The translations under genes were made by a program, and so were the position numbers. The notes under the pieces were generated by a model. It was not told the DNA's origin and ran no database searches. It saw only the letters and a program-made list of their open reading frames with translations. A stretch of DNA of 60,307 nt from positions 1-60,307 of IMG/VR virus record IMGVR_UViG_3300020373_000003; one strand, written 5' to 3'. This document shows positions 47,390 to 57,852 of the stretch, piece by piece. The number at the start of each line of letters is the position of its first letter. Position 1 is the first letter of the stretch. The DNA comes from a virus. Lineage: Duplodnaviria > Caudoviricetes.

Positions 47390-50300
47390 TGGCGTTAACA
47401 AAATTACCAGGGGGATCTATTGTTGATGGATCAATAACAAGTGCAAAAATTGCTGGGACAACTATACTTGGAGAAGATATAGGAATTGGAGCAATTTCAG
47501 CAGATAAAATAAACACAACATTAGATATTTCATCGCACACAATAACATTACCTCAAGATTTAATAGGTCATAGAGAATTAAATATAACATTTACCTCCCC
47601 TGCAGATGATGATAAATTTTTACAAATATCATCTGCTGGAGTATTACAATGGGCCGCACCTGGTACTTATCCTATTACATATGCCGCATTATCAGGTGTT
47701 ATACCTGCTGGTCATATAGCAGACGAAACTGTTACGTCAGCAATGATCGAAAATTTAACTATAGCAGATGGTAACATAGCAGATGGTACAATAACGGCAG
47801 TAAAATTAAATACAACATTAGATTTATCTACAAAAACGATAACTTATCCTACCGATAACTCATTAACCAATTTAACAATAACAGGAGATCTACACATAAC
47901 AGGCACAACAACTGAAGTAGATACTCAAAATTTATTAGTTAAAGATAACATAATAGTAATTAATGACGAAGAAAGCGGAGTCGGAGTAACTGCCGGAGCC
48001 GCAGGTATAGAAATTCATAGAGGCCCAGGTCAAGATAAAGCCACTATTATGTGGAATGAAACAAGTGATAAATTTGAATTTAAAATAGGAGCTCAAGATG
48101 CTGTCTTAGTTTTTGATAATGTAGATCCTCCAACTTCGTCGGTAGGATACGACCAAGTGAAAATAAACAACTTAACTGATCCTGGGCCCGGAGTTAATAC
48201 GTTTTTAGAATCAGATGGAACAGGTAATTTTAATTTAACTCAAATACAAATAGCTGGTATTACATTAGATGGAGCAGTAACAGGTCCGGTAGATGATAAT
48301 ACCTTAGCAAATTATTCTGTAACTGCAGATCATTTACAAGATTTTTGTATTACATCAGCTAAAATAGATACAACTCTTTCATTTGTTGGAAAAACAATTA
48401 TTTTAAATCCAGGAGATATTTTAACTGCAATAAATGGTGCAGGCTCTTTTAATGTATCAAATCCTAATTTTACTGTTCCTGATAATTGTATAGATAGTGC
48501 AAAAATATTAGATGGTTCTGTAACTGGTTATAAATTGGCTGATACTTTAAATCTTGTATCTAAAACAATTCAATGGCCATCCCTTCAAACGTTCGATGAT
48601 GTAGTAATAGAAGATACATTAATTGTTGAGAATTCGACAGTATTAAACAATGTATTAACTGTTACTGATAAAGTAACAATTACCAATGGTGGTCTTAATG
48701 ATGCATTAATAGTTAATAATTCATCATCTGCTAATATTATGAAATTACAAAATAGTTCAACTGATGTTTTTGTAGTAGATAATAGCGGTGATGTAACAGT
48801 TAAGCAAAATTTATTTATTGAAAAAAATATTCTTGAAAGAAAAGGAACAACAGTTATAAATGGAAATACTTTAACTATAGATTTAGCAACTGGTAGTCAT
48901 TTTGAAGTAGAACTTGATGGTCTTACACAAAATATAGAATATTTTTTAATAAACAATACAAATTCAACCGCTAATACAATATCTAGTTTTTATATGAAAG
49001 TCATTCAAGGTACAGTAGATAGAACGTTTATATGGTCCGGAATGGCTAACATTAAATGGCCAACTAATTTTGGAGATGGTTCATTAAGTGGAATTGATCC
49101 ACCTATTATAACTTCAGGGAATAATAAAGAAGACCTTTTTAAATTTACTTCATATGATAATGGATCAACTTGGTATGCTTCTATAATTGGTATGGATTTC
49201 CTATCTTCTGCTCCAATTGCTAGTACCAGTTACGGTCAAACTATACATACTATCGGTTATGCTATTGTACAAAGTACCGCAATAGGTACGGCTTACCTAG
49301 TTAATACAACAGTTTCACCTTTATTCTTAGAAAGCCACATTACAGGTGCCGCAGATGATCAGTGGAATAGTGTTGCTATTACCACTGCCGATACTAACAC
49401 CAACTTACCAGCCACTGGACTTGCGGACGGCACCTACAAAGTTTATGCAGTGAACGCCGCAGGTACCATTTCAATTGCTTCTATTAATAGCGTGACAGTA
49501 GACACCACAGGGCCAATAGCCAGCGTCACCACTGCCACTATAACCACCTCAGGCAATGCCGTGGTACAGAGCACAGAGACTGGCACGGCCTACCTAGTTC
49601 ATACTAATGTTACGGTTGTTAGTCAAGCAAGTATTACTAATTCCGCAAGCAATGAATGGAATAGTGTTCCTATCATCTTAGCAAATACCAATACTAATTT
49701 AGCTGCCGCTGGGCTTATCGATGGTACCTACAAAGTTTATGCAGTGGATGCCGTAGGCAACCTCTCCAGCGCCTCGAGCAACAGCGTGACGGTCGACATG
49801 ACAGAACCCACGGTAAGTGTGACCACCGCTACCATTAGTAATTCCGGCTTTGCCGTTGTACAGAGCACGGAGACCGGCACAGCATACCTGGTCAACACAG
49901 CCATAACGGTCAGCGATCTTGCTAGTATCACAGGGTCTGCGGACAACCAGTGGAATAGTGTTGCCATCAGCTCTGCCAATACCAACACCAACCTGATGGC
50001 AACAGGACTGGCAGATGGTACATACAAAGTTTATGCGACAGATGCATTAGACAACCTCTCAATCGCTTCTACTGGAACTATAACTATTGGACCAATGGCG
50101 GCTACTGGAGGAACTGCGACTACTTATGGCAATTATAAAGTTCACACATTTACCAGCTCTGGTGCTTTTCAACCTGATAGGGCTGGAACTATAGATGTTC
50201 TAGTAGTTGCCGGTGGCGGAGGCGGTACTGGTGGTTCAGACTGGGGCGGTGGCGGAGGAGCCGGCGGTGTTGTTGTTTGTTCAAATAAAGCAGTCACTGC

Positions 50301-50919
50301 TCAGCAATATACAGTCACTATAGGTGCAGGTGGCACTGGTAGCACATACACTCCTCCCAACGGCAATGGAGTCGATAGTACATTTATAGATATAGTTGCT
50401 AAAGGTGGCGGTGGTGGCGGTGGCGCCGCGAATGGAGCAGATGGTGGCTCTGGAGGAGGATGCCCATCTAATTCATATGTTCCTTATCGTGGTGAAGCAA
50501 CTCAATTATCATTAGGATCACAAGGAGGAGGCACAGGATACGGAAATCCAGGTGGCGGGGCAACCTCAGGTACTGGACATAGCAGTAGTGGTTCTGGTGG
50601 AGGTGCAGGTAGTAAAGGATATGCCGCCTTTCTGGATGGACCAAATTATACCGGCGGCCCTTGGAATGAACAAGCTTCACCTGGTGGTATAGGTATCCAA
50701 AATCTCTTCCAAACAGGAAGTAACCAATATTATGGTGGTGGTGGTGCAAGTAAAGGCACTTTACCACTGGGTATGCCCCAGACACCAGAATCTGGAGGAC
50801 TAGGAGGCGGAGGTGATTCTGACACAAATGGTACTGCTAACACTGGAGGCGGTGGAGGCGGTGGTGCTAGTACTACAGGTGGTTCGGGTATAGTAGTAAT
50901 AAGATATTTGTATCAATAA
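47389..50919 (+). CDS. Long tail fibre/adhesin with three Ig-like repeats and Gly-rich C-terminal domain
   Basis: ITSAKI repeats, three ~98-aa repeats, C-terminal VHTFTSSG...VVAGGGGG...GGSGIVVIRY domain. Confidence 0.75.
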   Translation: MALTKLPGGSIVDGSITSAKIAGTTILGEDIGIGAISADKINTTLDISSHTITLPQDLIGHRELNITFTSPADDDKFLQISSAGVLQWAAPGTYPITYAALSGVIPAGHIADETVTSAMIENLTIADGNIADGTITAVKLNTTLDLSTKTITYPTDNSLTNLTITGDLHITGTTTEVDTQNLLVKDNIIVINDEESGVGVTAGAAGIEIHRGPGQDKATIMWNETSDKFEFKIGAQDAVLVFDNVDPPTSSVGYDQVKINNLTDPGPGVNTFLESDGTGNFNLTQIQIAGITLDGAVTGPVDDNTLANYSVTADHLQDFCITSAKIDTTLSFVGKTIILNPGDILTAINGAGSFNVSNPNFTVPDNCIDSAKILDGSVTGYKLADTLNLVSKTIQWPSLQTFDDVVIEDTLIVENSTVLNNVLTVTDKVTITNGGLNDALIVNNSSSANIMKLQNSSTDVFVVDNSGDVTVKQNLFIEKNILERKGTTVINGNTLTIDLATGSHFEVELDGLTQNIEYFLINNTNSTANTISSFYMKVIQGTVDRTFIWSGMANIKWPTNFGDGSLSGIDPPIITSGNNKEDLFKFTSYDNGSTWYASIIGMDFLSSAPIASTSYGQTIHTIGYAIVQSTAIGTAYLVNTTVSPLFLESHITGAADDQWNSVAITTADTNTNLPATGLADGTYKVYAVNAAGTISIASINSVTVDTTGPIASVTTATITTSGNAVVQSTETGTAYLVHTNVTVVSQASITNSASNEWNSVPIILANTNTNLAAAGLIDGTYKVYAVDAVGNLSSASSNSVTVDMTEPTVSVTTATISNSGFAVVQSTETGTAYLVNTAITVSDLASITGSADNQWNSVAISSANTNTNLMATGLADGTYKVYATDALDNLSIASTGTITIGPMAATGGTATTYGNYKVHTFTSSGAFQPDRAGTIDVLVVAGGGGGTGGSDWGGGGGAGGVVVCSNKAVTAQQYTVTIGAGGTGSTYTPPNGNGVDSTFIDIVAKGGGGGGGAANGADGGSGGGCPSNSYVPYRGEATQLSLGSQGGGTGYGNPGGGATSGTGHSSSGSGGGAGSKGYAAFLDGPNYTGGPWNEQASPGGIGIQNLFQTGSNQYYGGGGASKGTLPLGMPQTPESGGLGGGGDSDTNGTANTGGGGGGGASTTGGSGIVVIRYLYQ
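49261..50090 (+). repeat. Three tandem ~295-nt coding repeats
   Basis: Units start near 49261, 49558 and 49852, each encoding A.VQST..GTAYLV...WNSV.I...TNL.A.GL.DGTYKVYA. Confidence 0.85.
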
Positions 50920-50923
50920 ATTA

Positions 50924-51355
50924 TTAAGCGGCTAATTTTTGTGCATTTGTTGCTATAGTTTGTATTTTTTTAATGGCTGATTTATCATAAAAAACTAGTT
51001 TAGCACCTGAATGTAACGGCTTAGGCCAATTACCTATATCTACCCAACAATATCCGCTAGATTCTCTATTTAATATAGGAACAAATTCGTCATAACAAGC
51101 AATAACAAATGTCTTGTAATCAAATCCATTTTCTGATTCAAATATATGTAAAGGATATATTTTATGGGAAGTGGGAAGTTTTCCCATTTCTTCTTCTAAT
51201 TCTCGTTCTAATGTTTCTAATGGCTGTTCGTCTTTTTCTGCTTTACCACCCCAAAATGCCCAAGTGCCAGGATGACTGACATTTTTTGATCGCATTTGAA
51301 GTAATATTCTGCTAGTAGGTAAAGACAAAAAGATAGCGCCTACTCCGCTAATCAT
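50924..51355 (-). CDS. NUDIX hydrolase
   Basis: Nudix box GGKAEKDEQPLETLERELEEEMG. Start likely ATG 51355, overlapping the gp15 stop. Confidence 0.88.
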   Translation of the reverse strand: MISGVGAIFLSLPTSRILLQMRSKNVSHPGTWAFWGGKAEKDEQPLETLERELEEEMGKLPTSHKIYPLHIFESENGFDYKTFVIACYDEFVPILNRESSGYCWVDIGNWPKPLHSGAKLVFYDKSAIKKIQTIATNAQKLAA

Positions 51356-53619
51356 AAATATAATCTCCAATAGCCGGCTGGATAGTTTGCTTCAATTGCA
51401 CTAATCCATTCTGTACCATTCCATTTCCATTTTTTACTATCTTGTGCATTTTGTGTAAATTTTACAGATCCCCATGTATGTCCTGCGGTTTCGCATGTAG
51501 ATTTAACTGTATGTTCGTTAGTAGGACAACCTATATAAGCGGTACTTGAATCAAAGTCTATAGCCCACTCAGAGGAAGTTTGGTTATACTCTATTATATC
51601 ATACTTATTGCCATGGGTTCCATGAATATCTGAAGTAACAATATGTGCATTATGTGCCACACCAATAAATGTATGCCCGCCAAATGCTAAACCATATATA
51701 TGTTTTTCTGTAGGCGATGTTTGTTGTGTCCAAGACGCTCCGTTATTTGATGAAGTAGCAATAACTCCGTTGGATCCTGCGGTAACAAAAACGCCATTCC
51801 CAAAAACAACTTCATAAAATCCGTCTGTTATTCCTGAATTCCTTGAAGTCCAAGTGATTCCATCAACTGATGTAAGAATAGTATCATTTACTCCTGTAAC
51901 AACAAATGTACCATTTCCATATGCTATTCCTCTAAGATGTTCTGAAGATCCAGAGGTTCTTGGAGTCCAGGCACCTGCATCAGGAGAAGTATAAATTTTA
52001 CCATTCCAAGTTACAAAAACATATAAACTATCTACCCAAATAACATCAAATATTATTACTGTAATTGGTGTAGATTGTTCTGTCCACGTTATACCATCGG
52101 GGGAAGTAATAAGAGCTCCACCGGCACCTACTACAACATATTGGTTATTGCCCCATGTAACAGCTCTGAGTTGATTTGTAAATGCATTTGGGGGCGTTTG
52201 AGGAGTCCAAGTAATTGCATCAGGTGATGTAAGAATAGTTGCATTATTTCCTACCGCAATCCATTGATCATTTCCATATGTAATACCATATATGGACTCA
52301 GTTGTGCCTGAAGTTCTTTCAGTCCATGCTTCTCCATGCCCTGGTGAACTTTGAATTTTACCATCCATGCCGACGCTTACAAATAAACCATTATAGTAAG
52401 CAACATCATTTAAATGCACCCCTACGACAGTCTGACCTAATGACTGCCATTCTTCGCCTATAGTTCCGGTTCCTGTGCCTCCTGGCCAAGGAGTACCAAC
52501 TGGTACCTCATTTAACACCAAATATCGTTGACCATCGGCCGCCGCTGGTAAGGTACCGTCTCCGGGATAAGCAACTGTCGGATCTATAATAGCATCTACT
52601 GTAGCAGTATCTGCTGAGTTTGAAGGTAAAGTATCTGTATCTATAGTTGCTGTAAGTTGTGGACCTGTTGGCTCAGATAAAGTACCATATACTTGAAAAT
52701 TTGCTTCACTTTCTACTAAAGCATCCATTAATTTAATTTGACTAACTCCTGTTCTAAAGTCAGCACCTCGTTCTAGGAATAAATCTTCCCAAGTATCGGT
52801 TGTAACAGATCCATCTTTATCTAATAATGTTAATAAATTGCCTGTCAAGTTAACAACCTTATCACCATATGTTGTTACCATATAACTAGAATCTGCACCC
52901 GGAATAGAACCAGTACTACTAAATAGTTCCATTTCTGCTGATGATTTTGCAGTAACAACAGAAGAAATAATTTGATGTATAAGTTTTTGTTTTGTTACTT
53001 TTGCTGGAACTGTTAAATGTATAGGCATTTTAAACATTAATGTTGCAATATCTATGGTGTCTTCAACACCAGTTGGTATAGATCTATTTGTCCATTGAAC
53101 ACTAGTTAATTCTACAATAGATAATCTTGTCCAATCAAATGGATTATCTGTAGCATTAATATCAACAGAAGGATTATATAAAGTTAAAATTTGTTCTAAT
53201 AATTGAAATTTTTGATCACTATTACTTGTCCATATATCAACCTGCATTGTTAGATTATACGGAACAGGCATGTGTCGTTCAATTTGATATGTGTTACCTA
53301 ATTCATTATCATATTGATTGGTTGTATAGTTAAACTTTTTTTCAAATACTTGTACTTTATCTACTTCCATAGGTGCTCGTCTAGATTCTGGACTTATCTC
53401 TAATGCTTGAATCCAACAACTAATAAATGGTGCAGAATTTATTACATTTTCTGAATTTTGTTTTAAAATATGCATTGCCATACGGTTAGCATCACCGTAT
53501 CTAACAGGGACAGTTCTATATGTTTCTGTTTCTCTATCTATTTCGATTTGGAAATTTGCAAATAGTCGCATAAATTGTTGCAAATATCTACGAGTTTGTT
53601 TATCGTAAAAAAAGTCCAT
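51352..53619 (-). CDS. gp15: Tail sheath stabiliser/terminator gp15-like, with inserted beta-propeller
   Basis: FFYD.Q.RRY, VPVRYGD, PVPYNLTMQVDIW and QLLEQIL motifs; repeated TSPDGITWT (BNR-like) block. Confidence 0.8.
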   Translation of the reverse strand: MDFFYDKQTRRYLQQFMRLFANFQIEIDRETETYRTVPVRYGDANRMAMHILKQNSENVINSAPFISCWIQALEISPESRRAPMEVDKVQVFEKKFNYTTNQYDNELGNTYQIERHMPVPYNLTMQVDIWTSNSDQKFQLLEQILTLYNPSVDINATDNPFDWTRLSIVELTSVQWTNRSIPTGVEDTIDIATLMFKMPIHLTVPAKVTKQKLIHQIISSVVTAKSSAEMELFSSTGSIPGADSSYMVTTYGDKVVNLTGNLLTLLDKDGSVTTDTWEDLFLERGADFRTGVSQIKLMDALVESEANFQVYGTLSEPTGPQLTATIDTDTLPSNSADTATVDAIIDPTVAYPGDGTLPAAADGQRYLVLNEVPVGTPWPGGTGTGTIGEEWQSLGQTVVGVHLNDVAYYNGLFVSVGMDGKIQSSPGHGEAWTERTSGTTESIYGITYGNDQWIAVGNNATILTSPDAITWTPQTPPNAFTNQLRAVTWGNNQYVVVGAGGALITSPDGITWTEQSTPITVIIFDVIWVDSLYVFVTWNGKIYTSPDAGAWTPRTSGSSEHLRGIAYGNGTFVVTGVNDTILTSVDGITWTSRNSGITDGFYEVVFGNGVFVTAGSNGVIATSSNNGASWTQQTSPTEKHIYGLAFGGHTFIGVAHNAHIVTSDIHGTHGNKYDIIEYNQTSSEWAIDFDSSTAYIGCPTNEHTVKSTCETAGHTWGSVKFTQNAQDSKKWKWNGTEWISAIEANYPAGYWRLYL

Positions 53620-54602
53620 TATACATCACTCTTTGGTTTTATTACACTAGATAATCCTTGCTTAGATTTAACATCTTCCCCAGGCATAGATATTGTATCT
53701 GGATTATTTGTAAATCTTCGTTGGGAGAATGTTCTTGCTTCCCAACTGTTATCATTTGGATTATAATCTGCTGTATATGTCCATAATGTTTCGACACGTT
53801 TATATAACCTATTAGGTGTAAAATCAGTCCGGACAAAGAAGTCGCCTTCAGCAGGATTAGCAGGAAATTGTGTTCCGCTTGCAGGTGATATCGAATCATA
53901 ATCAAATAAGTGGGAAGTATCTAAAATGCCTTTATTTTCTTGTTCTGCGGCTTCAATAATTGTATCAGATATTTCAATCTCAGATGCATATGTACTAAGA
54001 ACATCTGTATCAGTTTCCATGATATCCTGAAATTCTTGCGTATCTGTCATAGGACCTACTTTCACACGCCATATATGGGGCCACCAAGATTGAGAAAATC
54101 CTTCTGATGCTCTATTAGCATCTTCAACTACATAAAATTTATTAATACCATTTAAACTTGGATCTAACAATGTATCATCACGTAAATGTGGTAATTCTAA
54201 TACATCACCTGACATTAGTTTTCTGCCAAGTTTTGCTATCATATCATTAATGTGAAATGATACAAATAAATTATCTGCTGTTAAAAAGAAACCAAATTGG
54301 GAAAGATCAAAATCATTATCACTTACATTATATAAACCACGTAATTCATAAATATCAGGATCATATTTTCTATCCCTATTTTCCATTAATAACATGTCTT
54401 GTATTGTTACTTCAGACGCACCATCTGTTGATGCATAGTGATTAGGTTGGGTTGGATCATTTTGTTCACCAACATTTTCTGGTCCTAAATATTTGTGTAC
54501 TAAAAAGGCAGTCCCGCCCACTTCAAATTGTTCTCTAATGTTTGAATCAAAAAAGTTATAATCGTTGGTTTTTTCTTGTCGCCAAAGGCTGAGTCGGGGC
54601 AT
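53619..54602 (-). CDS. gp14: Neck/head-closure protein gp14-like
   Basis: IQD.L.MENRDRKYD, LSQFGFFL and GDVLELPHL motifs; directly upstream of gp15. Confidence 0.7.
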   Translation of the reverse strand: MPRLSLWRQEKTNDYNFFDSNIREQFEVGGTAFLVHKYLGPENVGEQNDPTQPNHYASTDGASEVTIQDMLLMENRDRKYDPDIYELRGLYNVSDNDFDLSQFGFFLTADNLFVSFHINDMIAKLGRKLMSGDVLELPHLRDDTLLDPSLNGINKFYVVEDANRASEGFSQSWWPHIWRVKVGPMTDTQEFQDIMETDTDVLSTYASEIEISDTIIEAAEQENKGILDTSHLFDYDSISPASGTQFPANPAEGDFFVRTDFTPNRLYKRVETLWTYTADYNPNDNSWEARTFSQRRFTNNPDTISMPGEDVKSKQGLSSVIKPKSDV

Positions 54603-54651
54603 ATATCATTCCTTATTCTTAATATTTATCGAAATGTTGAGCCCCGAGATA

Positions 54652-55866
54652 TTAATTTGTTGCTAGTTTTCCTCTTACTGTTTGTTCGCCCTTCCATATT
54701 GCAGAAGTTTTAGAAAGTGAATATGCTGGCGTACTAAATTCAGCCGAATCTACACCTTCTATTTCTTGCTCAAGAGAAAGTCGAATACCTACTGTATACT
54801 TTAATCCTACCCAAACAACAAAACACGACACAAAAACAAATGCACCAATAATAGATACACCTGTTAATTGGGTAGCAAAAGATACATCATCTTTAAATAT
54901 TCCTACTGCTAAAGTACCCCAAACACCTGCAACTAGGTGAACTGATAGTGCTCCAACTGGGTCATCGATTTTGAATTTATCAAACATTGGAACGGCAACT
55001 AATACTAATAATCCGCCTATCATGCCGATTGCCATTGCTAATTCCATTGTAGGATAATCAGGTCCTGCTGTAATGCTTACAAGTCCTGCTAACGCACCGT
55101 TAAGTACCATAGTTAAATCTACTCGTTTATAGATAAGTTGTGTTGCAATTAATGCTGTTAATGCACCAGCACAGGCGGCAATGTTTGTATTTGCAATAAT
55201 TTGTGCTACCGCATTTACATCTGCTATTGTGCCCATTGCTAACTGACTTCCGCCATTAAATCCAAACCAACCTAACCATAATATAAATGTACCCAATGTT
55301 GCTAATGGTAAATTTGCTGGAGGTATTAAATTTGGTGAACCATTTTCATTATAACGACCATGTCTTGCACCTAGTAAAATTGCACCTGCTAATGCACACC
55401 ATCCACCTACGGAGTGTACAATAGTTGAGCCAGCGAAATCATTAAAACCCATTTCAGATAGCCATCCGCCGCCCCAGGTCCAATTACCTTGTAAAGGATA
55501 AATGATTGCTGAAAGTACTGCTACCATTCCCATAAAGGGCCAAAACTTAATACGTTCTGCAAGTGTTCCAGATACTATACTTGCCGCGGTTGCTACAAAC
55601 ACAACCTGAAAAAAGAAATCACTCATACCAGAATGATCTCCATCTGTTATGTTACCATACATAATTTGATAGCCAACTATATAAAACATAATACATGCCA
55701 AAGCATATAATGTTATATTTTTTGTTAAAATTGCTGTAGTATTTTTTGACCTTACTAATCCCGATTCTAGCATTGCAAAACCTGCCGCCATCCACATGAC
55801 GAGGCATCCGCTAAAAACTAATAAAAAGGTGTTGAAAATATAAGCAACGTCTGTGAAATTTTCCAT
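54652..55866 (-). CDS. amt: Ammonium transporter (Amt/Mep family)
   Basis: Multi-pass membrane protein with GFAMLESG, SGTLAER, DFAGSTIVHSVGG, WFGFNGGS, NGALAGLV and DDPVGALSVH motifs; both pore histidines present. Confidence 0.95.
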   Translation of the reverse strand: MENFTDVAYIFNTFLLVFSGCLVMWMAAGFAMLESGLVRSKNTTAILTKNITLYALACIMFYIVGYQIMYGNITDGDHSGMSDFFFQVVFVATAASIVSGTLAERIKFWPFMGMVAVLSAIIYPLQGNWTWGGGWLSEMGFNDFAGSTIVHSVGGWCALAGAILLGARHGRYNENGSPNLIPPANLPLATLGTFILWLGWFGFNGGSQLAMGTIADVNAVAQIIANTNIAACAGALTALIATQLIYKRVDLTMVLNGALAGLVSITAGPDYPTMELAMAIGMIGGLLVLVAVPMFDKFKIDDPVGALSVHLVAGVWGTLAVGIFKDDVSFATQLTGVSIIGAFVFVSCFVVWVGLKYTVGIRLSLEQEIEGVDSAEFSTPAYSLSKTSAIWKGEQTVRGKLATN

Positions 55867-56057
55867 TGTTTTCCTTTCGAAAATGCTTAATTTTATGACA
55901 TTTTTCTCATTGAGTATTTACCCCATTATAATATAATTTAACCGGTTACGAGAAATTTAAAAATTTCTGCGTAAATACCTAGCATTGTGTATAAAAAATA
56001 AATATATATGGAAACCTATAATAGGAAACCACGTTAATAATTAAAGCGGGGTAACAT

Positions 56058-56339
56058 ATGTTTCTTACAGATCATCTACAAAATGCGGCAAAAGCCGCCA
56101 AACGAAAACCAGGATGGGGTTACTATTTTTTTCATGCCTGGGTTGCACTTAAATGTGGAACCATATACTACTACATAGCATTCTTCTCTCAAGTACACGC
56201 AATTTTCCCATTTGTTCACGCAGATTTTGGGCTCGCAGAAATGATTGTAGCCCGAACCAATGTAATTCGTAAAAGTATTCCTAACTGGGAAGGCTGGAAG
56301 GAATTAGATAATTGGGACGATGAAAAATATGCCTCTTGA
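56058..56339 (+). CDS. Small hypothetical protein with conserved-looking His pattern
   Basis: HL...Y..H...HAIFPF pattern; GGGG SD upstream. Confidence 0.6.
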   Translation: MFLTDHLQNAAKAAKRKPGWGYYFFHAWVALKCGTIYYYIAFFSQVHAIFPFVHADFGLAEMIVARTNVIRKSIPNWEGWKELDNWDDEKYAS

Positions 56340-56386
56340 TAATTTTTTAGAACGATTAGATAAAGAGCGAATAACAAGGGCCCATT

Positions 56387-56806
56387 ATGGACATTAGAGG
56401 ATTACATCATTATGCATGGAAATGTGCTAATGTTAACGAGACTAAAAAGTTTTATAGTGGTATTTTAAATTTACCACATGTACATACTATAAAAAAAGAT
56501 TATGTTCCTAGTACAGGAGAATATGCTCCGTATGAACATATATTTTTTAAAATGGACGAAGGAAGCCATATCGCTTTTTTTGATATGGGGGATGGAAAAG
56601 GAACAACTACTGATTGTGATAATTGGATAGTTCATTTTGCATTCCGTGTCGATACAAAAGAAGATGTAGATAAATGGTATGAAAAATTAAAAGATTATAA
56701 TGTAGATGTTATAGGTCCTACTAATCATGATGATTGGATTTATAGCATTTACTTTTTTGATCCAAATGGTTTAAGATTAGAAATCACAACGGAGCTGAAA
56801 AAATGA
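56387..56806 (+). CDS. VOC/glyoxalase family protein
   Basis: LHHYA, HFAF and SIYFFDPNGLRLE motifs. Confidence 0.9.
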   Translation: MDIRGLHHYAWKCANVNETKKFYSGILNLPHVHTIKKDYVPSTGEYAPYEHIFFKMDEGSHIAFFDMGDGKGTTTDCDNWIVHFAFRVDTKEDVDKWYEKLKDYNVDVIGPTNHDDWIYSIYFFDPNGLRLEITTELKK

Positions 56807-57852
56807 GACTTGCTATTATCGGTGCAGGACGAATAGGTCTTGCTATAAATGATTTATTAGAAGATGATTTTGATATCAAATTGTGCGATTCTAGGGTTGA
56901 GGCAGAAACTTATGGAGTTAACTTACCAATAGTTGATTTTATTGATGCTTCTGATATAAAGATGTTAGGTTCGTTTATAGATTACTCTGATGTTGTTATT
57001 TCAGCAGTTAATTATAAATTTAATAGAGATATATTTCAACTTGCATTAAAAAAAGGAAAACATTATATTGATTTAACAGAAGATGTTGAAACAACAAATT
57101 GGATTAGAGAAAATTCAAAAGATGCTAGTGTATCAATTATTCCTCAATGTGGATTGGCTCCTGGAGCAATTAATATTATAGGAGCTCATTTAGCAAGGCA
57201 ATTTGAAAAACCTATATCACTTAAACTTAGAGTGGGTGCTTTACCTTTGTATCCTACAAATAATATGTCGTATTATTTAAGTTGGAATACTGCTGGATTA
57301 TTAAATGAATATGTTAATATGTGTGACGCTATTGTTAATAGAGGAAAAGCAAAAGTTAAACCACTTGAAGGCTTAGAAAAAATAATAATAAATGGTATCG
57401 AATACGAAGCATTTAACACATCAGGAGGAGTTGGGACATTAACTGATACGTATTTGCTAAAAATAGATGAATTAGATTATAAAACAATTAGATATCCAGG
57501 GCATGTAGATTATTTGCGTTTTATGTTTGAGGATTTAGGACTTAAAAATAATATGAAATTAGCAAATGAAATTTTTAATCAAAATGTACCTACAACAACA
57601 GATGATGTGGTGATATTTTTTGCAAAAGCAACTGGGTATATTAATGATAGTATAACAGAAAAAAATTGGGTATGCAAAATATACGGAAAAAATAACATGA
57701 CAGCAATTGAACGAGCAACAGCAAGCGGAGTTGCAGAAGTTTTATGTATGTTAAAAGATAATAAATTATCTTCCGGTTTTATAAAGCAAGAGGACTTACC
57801 ATTTGATAATTTCATTAATGGTAAGTTTGGAGAAATATATGGAACCACATGA
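56803..57852 (+). CDS. Saccharopine dehydrogenase / L-lysine 6-dehydrogenase family
   Basis: GAGRIG, YIDLTED, PQCGLAPG, RVGALP, EAFNTSGG and YKTIRYPGH motifs. Confidence 0.88.
   Translation: MRLAIIGAGRIGLAINDLLEDDFDIKLCDSRVEAETYGVNLPIVDFIDASDIKMLGSFIDYSDVVISAVNYKFNRDIFQLALKKGKHYIDLTEDVETTNWIRENSKDASVSIIPQCGLAPGAINIIGAHLARQFEKPISLKLRVGALPLYPTNNMSYYLSWNTAGLLNEYVNMCDAIVNRGKAKVKPLEGLEKIIINGIEYEAFNTSGGVGTLTDTYLLKIDELDYKTIRYPGHVDYLRFMFEDLGLKNNMKLANEIFNQNVPTTTDDVVIFFAKATGYINDSITEKNWVCKIYGKNNMTAIERATASGVAEVLCMLKDNKLSSGFIKQEDLPFDNFINGKFGEIYGTT

Noticed and set aside
50200-50890. GGT/GGC-rich low-complexity DNA as a repeat element
   Set aside because: Explained by the glycine-rich C-terminal domain of the fibre protein.
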